A stretch of 48,278 bases of DNA, from NCBI GenBank assembly GCA_045644865.1, contig JAZRHS010000004.1, positions 1-48,278 on the forward strand, in the 5' to 3' direction. Source of the stretch: Eubacteriales bacterium. Lineage in GTDB: Bacteria; Bacillota; Clostridia; Oscillospirales; CAG-272. The notes below the pieces were generated by a model that was not told where the DNA came from, ran no database searches, and was given only the letters and a program-made list of their open reading frames with translations. A program made the position numbers and the translations under genes. Shown piece after piece: positions 27,090-36,162 of the stretch. Numbering within the stretch: the stretch's first letter is position 1; every line of letters starts with the position of its first letter.

Positions 27090-28508
27090 ATGAGAAGACT
27101 GTCCTTTGATTACAGGGAAAATATCCAAAGACTTGACGAAATATTTCGTGTTGACGAGAATTTTGATATATTAAAAAAGACGCTTACAGTAGGCGACGGC
27201 GAGTTAACGCTTTATTATGTGGACGGATTTATTAAGGACGCGGTAATGAGTAAGCTTATGCTTAGCTTTGTTGCACTGAAGGGACTTGGAAAGCCATCGC
27301 CGTTAGCGGCGCAGAAATTTATTGATGCCCACGCGGCATATGTGGAAACCGATTTGTGCGAGTCGCTTGACATAATGATACAGATGGTGCTTTCGGGTTC
27401 GGCTCTTATTATTGGAAGCAGCTTTGAGGACAAGGCTATTATTGTTGATGCGCGCACCTATCCTTCCCGCTCTGTGGGAGAGCCGCAAAACGACAGGGTA
27501 ATGCTTGGGGCAAGGGACGGATTTATTGAAAGCCTGATCTTTAATACGGCTCTTATTCGACGCCGAATAAGAGATACCGCCCTTACAATGAAGCATTTCA
27601 CGGTGGGAAGCGTGTCAAAAACCGATGTGGTCCTGTGCTATATGAGCGATCGCGCCGATAAGGGCTATGTTGATGAGATAAGCAAAAAGCTGGAGGGGAT
27701 AAAAACCGAGGCGCTGGCGCTTGGACATCAATCGCTTGCCGAGTGTCTTATAAAAAGCGGGTGGTATAACCCTTTTCCAAAAATAAGGACGACAGAGCGT
27801 CCCGATACCGCGGCGGCACAGCTTCTTGAGGGCAGTCTTATGATAATAGTTGACAATTCGCCCGAGGTGATGATACTGCCCACCACTATTTTTGAATTTT
27901 TGCAGGAAACAAACGATTATTATTTTCCGCCCTTTACGGGGAGCTTTCTTCGCATAGTCAGGCAGGTGATAATGTGGCTGACTATGTATCTGACGCCCGT
28001 TTGGTATCTTATGACAAAGAATCCCGACAAGGTCCCCGCGTGGATTCAGTTTGCGTTACCCGAGGAAACAGGGAAGATTCCTCTGCTTGCCCAGCTTTTG
28101 CTGGTGGAATTTGTAATTGACGGGCTCAGAATGGCGTCGATGAACACTCCCGATATGCTGTCAAACTCGTTATCGGTAATAGGCGGACTTATACTTGGCG
28201 ACTTTGCTATAGAAATAGGCTGGCTTGTTCCCGAGGTCATACTTTATATGGCTTTTGTGTCTATAGCAAATTTCTCGCAACGGAATTATCAGCTTGGCTA
28301 CGCCTTTAAGTTTATGAGGATAATCTTGCTTGTCCTTATAGCCCTCTTTGATATTTACGGGCTTGTGATAGGAACGGCGGTCATACTGACGCTTATAGCC
28401 ACAAACAAAACCGTAAACGGCAAACGGAAGTATCTTTATCCCCTTATCCCTTTTTCGGCAAAGGGAATGGCGGCACTTTTGTTCAGAGTCAAGAAAAGAG
28501 ATGTGTAA
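27090..28508 (+). CDS. GerA-family spore germination protein A-subunit paralog (SpoVAF-like orphan)
   Basis: 472 aa with GerA-family architecture: a soluble N-terminal domain (...LYYVDGFIKD...) plus C-terminal TM helices. The ATG at 27090 sits behind GGAGGA. Confidence 0.85.
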   Translation: MRRLSFDYRENIQRLDEIFRVDENFDILKKTLTVGDGELTLYYVDGFIKDAVMSKLMLSFVALKGLGKPSPLAAQKFIDAHAAYVETDLCESLDIMIQMVLSGSALIIGSSFEDKAIIVDARTYPSRSVGEPQNDRVMLGARDGFIESLIFNTALIRRRIRDTALTMKHFTVGSVSKTDVVLCYMSDRADKGYVDEISKKLEGIKTEALALGHQSLAECLIKSGWYNPFPKIRTTERPDTAAAQLLEGSLMIIVDNSPEVMILPTTIFEFLQETNDYYFPPFTGSFLRIVRQVIMWLTMYLTPVWYLMTKNPDKVPAWIQFALPEETGKIPLLAQLLLVEFVIDGLRMASMNTPDMLSNSLSVIGGLILGDFAIEIGWLVPEVILYMAFVSIANFSQRNYQLGYAFKFMRIILLVLIALFDIYGLVIGTAVILTLIATNKTVNGKRKYLYPLIPFSAKGMAALLFRVKKRDV

Positions 28509-28509
28509 A

Positions 28510-28537
28510 AAACGGCTTCCCCGAAGGGAAGCCGTTT
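28510..28537. terminator. Bidirectional terminator between convergent genes
   Basis: AAACGGCTTCCC cgaa GGGAAGCCGTTT, a 12-bp stem with A/T flanks. Confidence 0.8.
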
Positions 28538-28542
28538 ACATA

Positions 28543-29490
28543 TCAGAAAAGCTCTATTATTTTGGGCGCGACAAGCATTGCAAGAGGCATAGTTCCTATT
28601 GACAAAAGGGTTGTAAAGCCCACCGCCTGCGAGGCGTATGAGGGGGCGATAGAATATATCGACCCAAACATAGAGGAAACCGATGCCGAGGGCATTGCCG
28701 CCGCAATAGTGCAGAAGATTATTGTTTCGCTGTCGAAATTCAGTATAGCCATAATTGTACAAACAAGCAGGGGAAGAACCAAAAGCTTCATAAATGAGAG
28801 ATAGTAAAGCTTTGGAAGGGTGAAAAACTGCTTTATGGGCTTGGTGGCTATCAGCGCGCCTGTGATAATGACCGAAATGGGTGTGCAAAGCCCCGCCACA
28901 TAGTCGCAGCCGCTTTTTATAAATTCGGGAAGCGGAACGCGCAAAATAAAGATGATTATACCTATGGCGCAGGGAACTGTGCCCTTGTTTATAAATATCT
29001 GCTTTATGCTTATTTTTATATCGGTTCGCTTGCGCGCCATAATCATAATTCCCCAGGTCCAAAGGGTAAGCTGAAAGCTTATTACAAAGAATGCTCCGAG
29101 GAAAAGTCCCTTTTCGCCAAAAAGCGATTCAAATATGGGGAAGCCTATAAATCCGCAGTTTCCCATAACCATAGCGAACTCGGTTATTTTTCTTTCATCA
29201 AGCTCCTTTATCCATTTGCAGGAAAAGAACGCGAAAACCGACATAAAGGCGTGAAGAACAATGCCGATAAGCAGCATTCTGAAGCCCGAGCCTGCCGTAT
29301 CGGGCGAGTATTCCATTCCGATAAGCGAGGAAAAGATAAGCATAGGCTGGGCTATGCCAACTATAAGCCTTGACAGGCGGTTAGACGAGGTGTCGTCAAC
29401 GATCCCCAACTTCTGGAGTATATATCCAATGGTGAGAAGGAAAAATATAGTGGCTATTACGCTTAAAAACTGTTCAAAGGGAATATTCAT
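28543..29490 (-). CDS. AEC (auxin efflux carrier) family transporter
   Basis: 315 aa, about 10 TM segments, typical AEC/membrane transport family layout. ATGA overlap with the udg stop. Confidence 0.85.
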   Translation of the reverse strand: MNIPFEQFLSVIATIFFLLTIGYILQKLGIVDDTSSNRLSRLIVGIAQPMLIFSSLIGMEYSPDTAGSGFRMLLIGIVLHAFMSVFAFFSCKWIKELDERKITEFAMVMGNCGFIGFPIFESLFGEKGLFLGAFFVISFQLTLWTWGIMIMARKRTDIKISIKQIFINKGTVPCAIGIIIFILRVPLPEFIKSGCDYVAGLCTPISVIITGALIATKPIKQFFTLPKLYYLSFMKLLVLPLLVCTIMAILNFDSETIIFCTIAAAMPSASVSSMFGSIYSIAPSYASQAVGFTTLLSIGTMPLAMLVAPKIIELF

Positions 29491-30053
29491 ATTTCTTCTC
29501 CCTCAAGCTCGTCAAGCTTTGCCTTGATAGCCTTAATATCTTCTGACATTTCGCCGTTTTTTCGGGGGTCGCGTAAAAGCAGCGCGGGGTGATAAACGGC
29601 ACATATGAGGCGGCCGTCAAACTCAAACCATTGACCGTGCTCTTTGGTTATTTTGAAATCGGGCTTGATAAGGCGCATAGCCGATATTCTGCCAAGGCAG
29701 ACAATTACCTTGGGATTTATAATATTTATTTGTTCACGAAGATAGCCGATGCAGGCATCCTCCTCAGCAGGAAGCGGGTCGCGGTTCTTCGGGGGACGGC
29801 ATTTGAGGATGTTGGCTATGTAGGTGTCCTCTCTTTTTATGCCTACCTCACCAAGAAATTTGTCAAGAAGCCGACCTGCTCGCCCAACAAAGGGAATACC
29901 CGAAAGGTCCTCCTGTTCACCGGGGGCTTCGCCTATAAACATAAGACGGGCGTTTTTGTTGCCGTAGCCGAAAACGCAGTTGGTTCGCGTTTTGTGAAGG
30001 GCGCAGCCCTTGCACGCGGCGCATTTTTCATATAATAATTCAAGTGTATCCAT
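29487..30053 (-). CDS. udg: Uracil-DNA glycosylase, family 4
   Basis: Fe-S Cys pattern (CAACKGCALHK...C) and GEAPGEQEDLSGIPFVGRAGRLL motif. The ATG at 30053 sits behind GGAGAG. Confidence 0.9.
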   Translation of the reverse strand: MDTLELLYEKCAACKGCALHKTRTNCVFGYGNKNARLMFIGEAPGEQEDLSGIPFVGRAGRLLDKFLGEVGIKREDTYIANILKCRPPKNRDPLPAEEDACIGYLREQINIINPKVIVCLGRISAMRLIKPDFKITKEHGQWFEFDGRLICAVYHPALLLRDPRKNGEMSEDIKAIKAKLDELEGEEI

Positions 30054-30128
30054 AAGCTCTCCAAACAATATCGATTAACATAAGTATATCATAAAAGGAG
30101 AGCTTTTTCAACACCAAATTATATTTTT

Positions 30129-30776
30129 TCAAAGAACTCCCAACTTTTCCACCGCTCCGCTTGGGCATATGCAGACCGCGTATTCCGAAAGCGCTTTTGA
30201 AAGCCTGTCGTGGTTTTCGGGGCTGCCGTATTCGCATATAAATGAAAGTCTGTCAAGAAAAGAGCTGTCAAAACCGCTTTTATCCCGTAGAAGTATATAA
30301 AATCTGCCGTTTTCGTTGTAGGCACTGCTTTGTCCTTTCCAATGAAGCGCCAACAGCCTTCGGCAGACAGAAATCATATTTTCAAGCGATGAGAAGGAAT
30401 ATGCTCTTTTGCGCTCTCTTGCGCTTTGTCTTTTGGTGGGCGCACCTGCTCCCGCGCCCCTTTCGGGGTATTTTTTTGTGGGCTTGGCATCGTATCCGAG
30501 CTTTATTGAAAGCTCGGAGTATTCATTGTCCGCGTCGTCTATTTTGGTTATGTAGACCTCGCAACCGCCTTTTTTGGAAGGGTAGAGCTGAATAAATATC
30601 TTCTCGCTCTCGGTGTCAAAGCCTGTTTTCTGACGGGCTTCCTCAAGAATGGTGCGGAACGCCTTTCTTGTCTTTGAGTCGGCATAATCTATATCCGCGT
30701 CAAGCGCGTATTTTTGCATATCATCAGGCGAAAGCATAATTTTTAGCTTGCTTGAGCTTATCATTATCAGCTCCAT
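30129..30776 (-). CDS. mecA: Adaptor protein MecA-like
   Basis: 215 aa, MELIMISSSKLKIMLSPDDMQKYALD... MecA N-domain pattern plus a C-terminal domain. The ATG at 30776 lies 7 nt after GGGAGG. Confidence 0.78.
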   Translation of the reverse strand: MELIMISSSKLKIMLSPDDMQKYALDADIDYADSKTRKAFRTILEEARQKTGFDTESEKIFIQLYPSKKGGCEVYITKIDDADNEYSELSIKLGYDAKPTKKYPERGAGAGAPTKRQSARERKRAYSFSSLENMISVCRRLLALHWKGQSSAYNENGRFYILLRDKSGFDSSFLDRLSFICEYGSPENHDRLSKALSEYAVCICPSGAVEKLGVL

Positions 30777-30868
30777 ATTGTTACCTCCCTGTAAATTTGC
30801 TCTGATATAATTATAATCTATTTGTGGCGAAAATGTAACCCCTAAAATAATGGAAAATTTCAAAAGCG

Positions 30869-30897
30869 TTGACGAAAGGTTAATTATATGATATACT
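30869..30897 (+). promoter_or_regulatory. SigA-type promoter of the helicase gene
   Basis: TTGACG, 17 nt, TGaTATACT. Its position argues for the ATG at 30926 rather than 30902 as the start. Confidence 0.6.
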
Positions 30898-30925
30898 TAT
30901 TATGATGAAGAAAGGGGGGCGGCTT

Positions 30926-33292
30926 ATGCGTTATAATATTGAAAACAAATGCGTTGAAATGTCGGTAGCAGAGCTTTGCCTTCTTTGCTTTGGAGATAGC
31001 GGTTGTGAGTCGCAAAAGGCAGCTCAAGCCGCACAAAGTGCGGACATTCAAGGGAAAGCTTGTGTCGGCATATTGCACAACGGAATAAATATCAGACTTT
31101 CTGCCGTGGCTGACCGAGTGGCAGATGTGGGCGGCATAAGAGCATATGTGGTTAAAACAGTTACCCCATCAAAATTCTCAAGGCCGCCAAGTGAGGCGGC
31201 GTGGGGATACGCCAACTGTGTGGCTTATGTGGTAGCCGCTTGCAATAATCTTGAGCAGATATATTCCGGAGTGGTGTATATAAACAGCGAAAGCGGAGAG
31301 ATAAAGGCTTTTGAGAAAAAGGCGGACATCTCAAGGCTTGAGGCTACGGTAAGGGCGTTGCTTTCTTGTGTCGGCTCGCGAATTGAGCATATGGTAAGGC
31401 GCGAAACGCTGGTGCGTCCCTCTGCCGCCGAGCTTTGTTTTCCTTATGCCGACATACGGGACGGACAGGAAGAAATGATGCGGGGCGTTGCCAAGGTGAT
31501 ACGCGGGGGGCAGAGAATGTTTGCTCAAGCACCCACGGGAATAGGCAAGACTATTTCGGTGCTTTATCCCGCGGTCAGAGCCTTTGGTAAGGGAAGATGT
31601 GATAAGATATTTTATCTTACCGCCAAGAATGAAACTTCAAGAGAGGCGTATGCCGCCGCAGGCAGACTTTGCGAGGCGGGGGCTAAGCTCAAGACCATAG
31701 TTATATCCTCAAAGGACGAGATGTGCTGCTCTCAAAGAGCCAAGGCAGGCGGTTGCCGAGATGCGAGATACTGTAATGAGCAGGATTGTCAATTCCTTAA
31801 GGGATACAGAAACAGAGTAGGCGGTGCAATAGCCGAGCTTATGTCAATGCAAAACGGATTTTATGCCTCTGTAGTAAGTCAGGTAGCGATAAAGCACCGA
31901 ATATGCCCGTATGAGCTTTCGCTTGACCTTTCCGAGCTTTGCGATATTATAATTTGCGACTACAACTACCTTTTTGACCCCTTTGTAAGGATAAAACGGT
32001 ATTTTGACAGTCCGGGGGCATTTGGCGAATATGTTTTCCTTGTTGACGAGGCGCACAATCTTGTTGACCGCGCAAGAGGAATATATTCCGCAACCCTTTC
32101 TAAAAATGAAATTGAGAGCGCGTTTTCTGTTGTTGCCCAGTTTACAAAGGAGCTTTGCGGCAGCTTTTCCAAAATGATTTCGGCGCTTAAGAACGCAAAA
32201 AGGCTTTGTAAGGATAATATGAGCAGGGATAGCGCGGGAAATGAGGTAGGCTATTACATCAGCCGAAACAGCTCCGAGAAAATATCCGAGGCGGCTTGCT
32301 ATTTCTGCGAGAGCCTTGAAAAATGGATAAAACACAACAAAGATAGTGAAATTTATGAGGCGGTGGATAGGGTTTATTCCTCTGTCCGCAAATTCGTGGG
32401 AATACTTAATTACTACGATGACAAATTTATGACCTATATCGAGCTGTCGGGTGGAGAGATAACCGTGTCGCTTAACTGTATAGACCCGTCGGATATTCTT
32501 GACGGTATTTTGTCTTTGGGGCGATCAACTGTTATGTTCTCGGCAACTCTTGCGCCGCTTTCGTATTTTTGCGACCTGTTGGGCGGCGGTAAAAAGGCAC
32601 TTTGCCTTGAGCTGGCATCGCCCTATGAGCAAAAGAACCTGTGCGTGGCGGCGGTTGATACGGTAAGCACAAGGTTTGAGGACAGAGAAAAAAGCTATAA
32701 GAGAATAGCCACCTGTATCGCGGCGGCGGTGTCGCCAAAGGCGGGGAATTACATTGTCTACTTCCCGTCATACGGGTATCTGCAGAAGGTTCACGAGGCG
32801 TTTGTCAAAAAATACCCCAAGGTGCGGACTATCGTTCAGAGCAGGGGGATGACCAGAGCGCAGCACAGAGATTTTATTGAGTCATTTAAGGATGACGAGA
32901 ATAAAATGAGAATAGGCTTCTGTGTTCTTGGCGGAAGCTTTTCGGAGGGCGTTGACCTGCCAGGTAACAGGCTTATCGGAAGTATAATCGTGGGCGTGGG
33001 GCTTCCCGGATTTTCCAGCGAGCGTAACATTATGCGCGATTATTTTGAAAACCGATATGAGAACGGCTTTGAGTACGCCTATACCTATCCGGGTATGAAC
33101 AATGTGCTTCAGGCGGCGGGAAGGGTAATAAGACGCGAGCAGGATAAGGGCATTGTGGTGCTTATTGACGACAGATACGGCGAGCCAACCTACAAAAATC
33201 TTTTCCCCAAGCATTGGAGTCATTTGAAGTATGCGGGAGATGCGGCATCTCTTGCCGAGCTTGTGAGCCGTTTTTGGGCTGACGGTGAGTGA
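30926..33292 (+). CDS. XPD/DinG (Rad3)-family Fe-S DNA helicase with an extra N-terminal domain
   Basis: Walker A AQAPTGIGKT, DEAH box LVDEAHNL, a Cys cluster CCSQRAKAGGCRDARYCNEQDC and C-terminal helicase_C_2-type motifs (QAAGRVIRRE). Confidence 0.85.
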   Translation: MRYNIENKCVEMSVAELCLLCFGDSGCESQKAAQAAQSADIQGKACVGILHNGINIRLSAVADRVADVGGIRAYVVKTVTPSKFSRPPSEAAWGYANCVAYVVAACNNLEQIYSGVVYINSESGEIKAFEKKADISRLEATVRALLSCVGSRIEHMVRRETLVRPSAAELCFPYADIRDGQEEMMRGVAKVIRGGQRMFAQAPTGIGKTISVLYPAVRAFGKGRCDKIFYLTAKNETSREAYAAAGRLCEAGAKLKTIVISSKDEMCCSQRAKAGGCRDARYCNEQDCQFLKGYRNRVGGAIAELMSMQNGFYASVVSQVAIKHRICPYELSLDLSELCDIIICDYNYLFDPFVRIKRYFDSPGAFGEYVFLVDEAHNLVDRARGIYSATLSKNEIESAFSVVAQFTKELCGSFSKMISALKNAKRLCKDNMSRDSAGNEVGYYISRNSSEKISEAACYFCESLEKWIKHNKDSEIYEAVDRVYSSVRKFVGILNYYDDKFMTYIELSGGEITVSLNCIDPSDILDGILSLGRSTVMFSATLAPLSYFCDLLGGGKKALCLELASPYEQKNLCVAAVDTVSTRFEDREKSYKRIATCIAAAVSPKAGNYIVYFPSYGYLQKVHEAFVKKYPKVRTIVQSRGMTRAQHRDFIESFKDDENKMRIGFCVLGGSFSEGVDLPGNRLIGSIIVGVGLPGFSSERNIMRDYFENRYENGFEYAYTYPGMNNVLQAAGRVIRREQDKGIVVLIDDRYGEPTYKNLFPKHWSHLKYAGDAASLAELVSRFWADGE

Positions 33293-33305
33293 AATTTGAT
33301 GCCTT

Positions 33306-33397
33306 ATGCAAGAGTTTTTGCAAGATTTGTTTGAAAACTTGCAAAAATTCCTGCAAATGAAGGCGAAAACATAGCTTTGCAAATATTTTTTGCAAAA
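33306..33397. repeat. Array of six TGCAA(A/G) motifs arranged as three pairs
   Basis: TGCAA starts at 33307/33319, 33340/33352 and 33378/33391. Several copies are embedded in palindromes (TTTGCAAA, TTTTGCAAAA). Confidence 0.7.
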
Positions 33398-33411
33398 TTT
33401 CAAAATACATC

Positions 33412-33440
33412 TTGCTTTTTTGAAAAATGTGTGATATAAT
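33412..33440 (+). promoter_or_regulatory. SigA-type promoter of the aminotransferase gene
   Basis: TTGCTT (33412-33417), 17 nt, TGaTATAAT (-10 at 33435-33440). Confidence 0.65.
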
Positions 33441-33475
33441 ATTCAAGATGAATTTTTTACCTTGAGGAGAAGCTG

Positions 33476-34765
33476 ATGAAATACACAGAGCTGAACAGAG
33501 CAGAACTGTTCGAATTAAAGGAAAGTCTTGTAAGTGAATATAAAAAGTACAAGGAGATGGGTCTTTCGCTTGACCTTTCCCGCGGTAAGCCCGGCAGTAA
33601 GCAGCTTGATATGATGTCTGATATGCTTAACTGCGTTACCAATGAGGATTGCTACTCGGCAAGCGGAGTTGACTACAGAAACTACGGAGTTCTTGACGGT
33701 ATTCCTGAAGCAAAGAAGCTTTTCTCGGAGCTTCTTGAAATACCCGAAAAGATGATTTTCGTTGGCGGAAACTCCTCGCTTAATCTTATGTATGACTCGG
33801 TGGCGCGCGCGCTTCTTTACGGCGTATGCTCAAGCGACCGTCCCTGGATAAAGGAGCAGAAGATTAAATTCCTTTGCCCCGCGCCCGGATACGACCGTCA
33901 TTTTGCTATTTGCCAATCGCTCGGCATCGAGATGATAACTGTGGATATGACCCCCACAGGCCCCGATATGGACGCGGTTGAGGCTCTTTGCGCAAAGGAC
34001 GAGTCAATAAAGGGAATCTGGTGCTGTCCCAAGTACTCCAACCCTGATGGAATTACCTATTCCGAAGATACGGTAAAGAGATTGGCTAAGATGAAGACCG
34101 CGGCAAAGGACTTCAGAATTTTCTGGGATAACGCATATGTTATACACGACCTTTACGCCGACAAGAGCGACAAGCTTGCCGACATCTTTGCTCTTTGCGA
34201 AAAGTACGGCACAGAGGACAGAGTTTACTATTTCGCGTCTACATCAAAGGTTTCCTATCCCGGTGCAGGCGTGGCGATTTTCGCGGCTTCCGAGCGCAAT
34301 ATGGCGTTTAACAAGAAGATAATGGGTATCCAGACTATCGGCTTTGATAAGATAAACCAGATACGCCACGTTAAGTATTTCGGTAATGCCGAGAATGTAA
34401 AGAAGCATATGATGAAGCTTGCTGACCTTATCAGACCCAAGTTTGATATGGTTCTTGACATACTTGAGAAGGAGCTTGGCGAAACAGGTGTAGCGAGCTG
34501 GACAAAGCCCCTTGGCGGATACTTTATAAGCTTTTACACAATGGACGGCTGTGCAAAGAGAGCCTTCACATTGGCAAGCGAGGCAGGTATAACTCTTACC
34601 GCGGCAGGCGCGACCTACCCCTATGGAAACGACCTTCGCGACCGCAATATAAGAATTGCTCCTACCTATCCCTCTGACGAGGAGCTTACGGTAGCTATGA
34701 ATGTGTTTACGCTTTGCGTAAAGCTTTCGGCAGTTGAAAAGCTTATAAGCGAGAAAAATGCTTAA
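33476..34765 (+). CDS. PLP-dependent aminotransferase (fold type I; aspartate-aminotransferase-like family)
   Basis: 429 aa with N-terminal ...[15 protein letters not shown]... and [11 protein letters not shown] (PLP Lys context). GAGGAG lies upstream. Confidence 0.8.
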   Translation: MKYTELNRAELFELKESLVSEYKKYKEMGLSLDLSRGKPGSKQLDMMSDMLNCVTNEDCYSASGVDYRNYGVLDGIPEAKKLFSELLEIPEKMIFVGGNSSLNLMYDSVARALLYGVCSSDRPWIKEQKIKFLCPAPGYDRHFAICQSLGIEMITVDMTPTGPDMDAVEALCAKDESIKGIWCCPKYSNPDGITYSEDTVKRLAKMKTAAKDFRIFWDNAYVIHDLYADKSDKLADIFALCEKYGTEDRVYYFASTSKVSYPGAGVAIFAASERNMAFNKKIMGIQTIGFDKINQIRHVKYFGNAENVKKHMMKLADLIRPKFDMVLDILEKELGETGVASWTKPLGGYFISFYTMDGCAKRAFTLASEAGITLTAAGATYPYGNDLRDRNIRIAPTYPSDEELTVAMNVFTLCVKLSAVEKLISEKNA

Positions 34766-34771
34766 AATATA

Positions 34772-34802
34772 AAAAGTCCAAAGCTCGCCTTTGGACTTTT
34801 TT
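34772..34802 (+). terminator. Intrinsic terminator after the aminotransferase gene
   Basis: AAAAGTCCAAAG ctcgc CTTTGGACTTTT followed by TT, a 12-bp stem. Confidence 0.85.
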
Positions 34803-34811
34803 GGAGAAAAT

Positions 34812-35801
34812 ATGAAGGTAACACAAAGAAGTACAAATCCCTTTGAAAATAGTGATAGCAATAAAAGGTACTATACTTATGATTACTATTTGAAGAAAAC
34901 CTTTGGCGGCAAATGCGCCAAGATTCCCATAGATGCGGGGTTTACCTGTCCTAACATCGACGGAAGATGCGGCGTTGGCGGTTGTATTTATTGCTCATCA
35001 AGAGGAAGCGGCGATTTTGCCGAAAGCTCCAGGCTGTCGGTAAGCGAGCAGTATAGAATCACAAGAGAAAAGCTTTCCTCAAAGTGGAGCGTGGAGAGAT
35101 GTATTCCGTACTTTCAAGCTCACACCAACACATACGCGCCCGTAGAGGTGCTTCGCGAAAAGTTTGAAGAAGCGCTTGGTGAGGAAGGTGTTGTTGGGCT
35201 GAACATAGCCACAAGAGCCGATTGTCTTGAGGAAGATGTTGTGGCTTATCTTGCAGAGCTTGCCGAAAGGACGACGCTTACTGTGGAGCTTGGTCTGCAG
35301 ACCGCCCACGATAAAAGCGCCGAGCTTATTAACAGAGGACATAGCTTTGCCGATTTTGTTGAGGGCTACCAAAGGCTTAAGAGGGCAAGCTCTAAAATAA
35401 ATGTGTGTGTCCATATTATTTTCGGCTTACCCGAGGAGAGCGACGAAATGATGCTTGAAACAGTAAGAAGGGTAGCCGAGCTTCGCCCCGAGCAGGTGAA
35501 AATACATCTTTTGCATGTTCTCGCCTCAAGCAGACTTGGCAGGGTATATCTTGAGGGCGGATACGAGCCCCTTGAGAGGGAAAGATATATTGATCTTGTT
35601 GTCAGAGCGCTTGAGCTTCTTCCCCCCGACACGGTGGTGGCAAGACTTACAGGCGACGGAATGGCAGATGATCTGCTCGCGCCCTTGTGGAGCAAGCGCA
35701 AGGTGGCGGTGATAAACGATATCGACAAGCTATTGTTTGAGCGAAACACCTATCAGGGAAGACTGTGGACGGCAGATTCTGTTTATAAATATAGTAGATA
35801 G
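34812..35801 (+). CDS. TIGR01212-family radical SAM protein
   Basis: CPNIDGRCGVGGCIYCS signature of the TIGR01212 family. The ATG at 34812 sits behind GGAGA. Confidence 0.88.
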   Translation: MKVTQRSTNPFENSDSNKRYYTYDYYLKKTFGGKCAKIPIDAGFTCPNIDGRCGVGGCIYCSSRGSGDFAESSRLSVSEQYRITREKLSSKWSVERCIPYFQAHTNTYAPVEVLREKFEEALGEEGVVGLNIATRADCLEEDVVAYLAELAERTTLTVELGLQTAHDKSAELINRGHSFADFVEGYQRLKRASSKINVCVHIIFGLPEESDEMMLETVRRVAELRPEQVKIHLLHVLASSRLGRVYLEGGYEPLERERYIDLVVRALELLPPDTVVARLTGDGMADDLLAPLWSKRKVAVINDIDKLLFERNTYQGRLWTADSVYKYSR

Positions 35802-35817
35802 ATTTATTTGGTTTTTT

Positions 35818-35853
35818 GTGGCTGTTATTTTGTGTAACAGCCACTTTCTTTTT
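35818..35853 (+). terminator. Intrinsic terminator
   Basis: GTGGCTGTTA ttttgtg TAACAGCCAC followed by TTTCTTTTT. Confidence 0.8.
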
Positions 35854-35967
35854 ATTGTAAAAATGTAAAAAAAAGGATATAAATGAAATATATGTAAAAC
35901 AACATATAAAGTATTCGAAAAAGGTGAAAAAAATTTGAAAAAATCTGAAAAAATTTTGTTTGCCCCC

Positions 35968-35996
35968 TTTACAAATCATCAAAGATGATGTATAAT
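35968..35996 (+). promoter_or_regulatory. Candidate SigA promoter of the dcw operon (Pmra-like)
   Basis: TTTACA (35968-35973), 17 nt, TATAAT (35991-35996). Four phased A-tracts lie upstream at 35916-35953. Confidence 0.6.
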
Positions 35997-36162
35997 AAAT
36001 ACACCAAAGAGGGGAAAAATGGAGCGAAATAACGCCAAAATGGTTTAATGTGGGGAGAAAAATGGTGAACCCACATAAAAATGTCTTGTTCAACGGTTGC
36101 TATTCGCAATAAAAACTCTCTGATGTTGCTGCGGCAGAAAACTACGAAAGGAGTCAAGCTTA

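Noticed and set aside
33293-33475. Small ORF ATGCCTTATGCAAGAGTT... (11 aa) and other mini-ORFs in the helicase-aminotransferase spacer.
   Set aside because: There is no SD, and the reading frames are trivial consequences of the TGCAA repeats.
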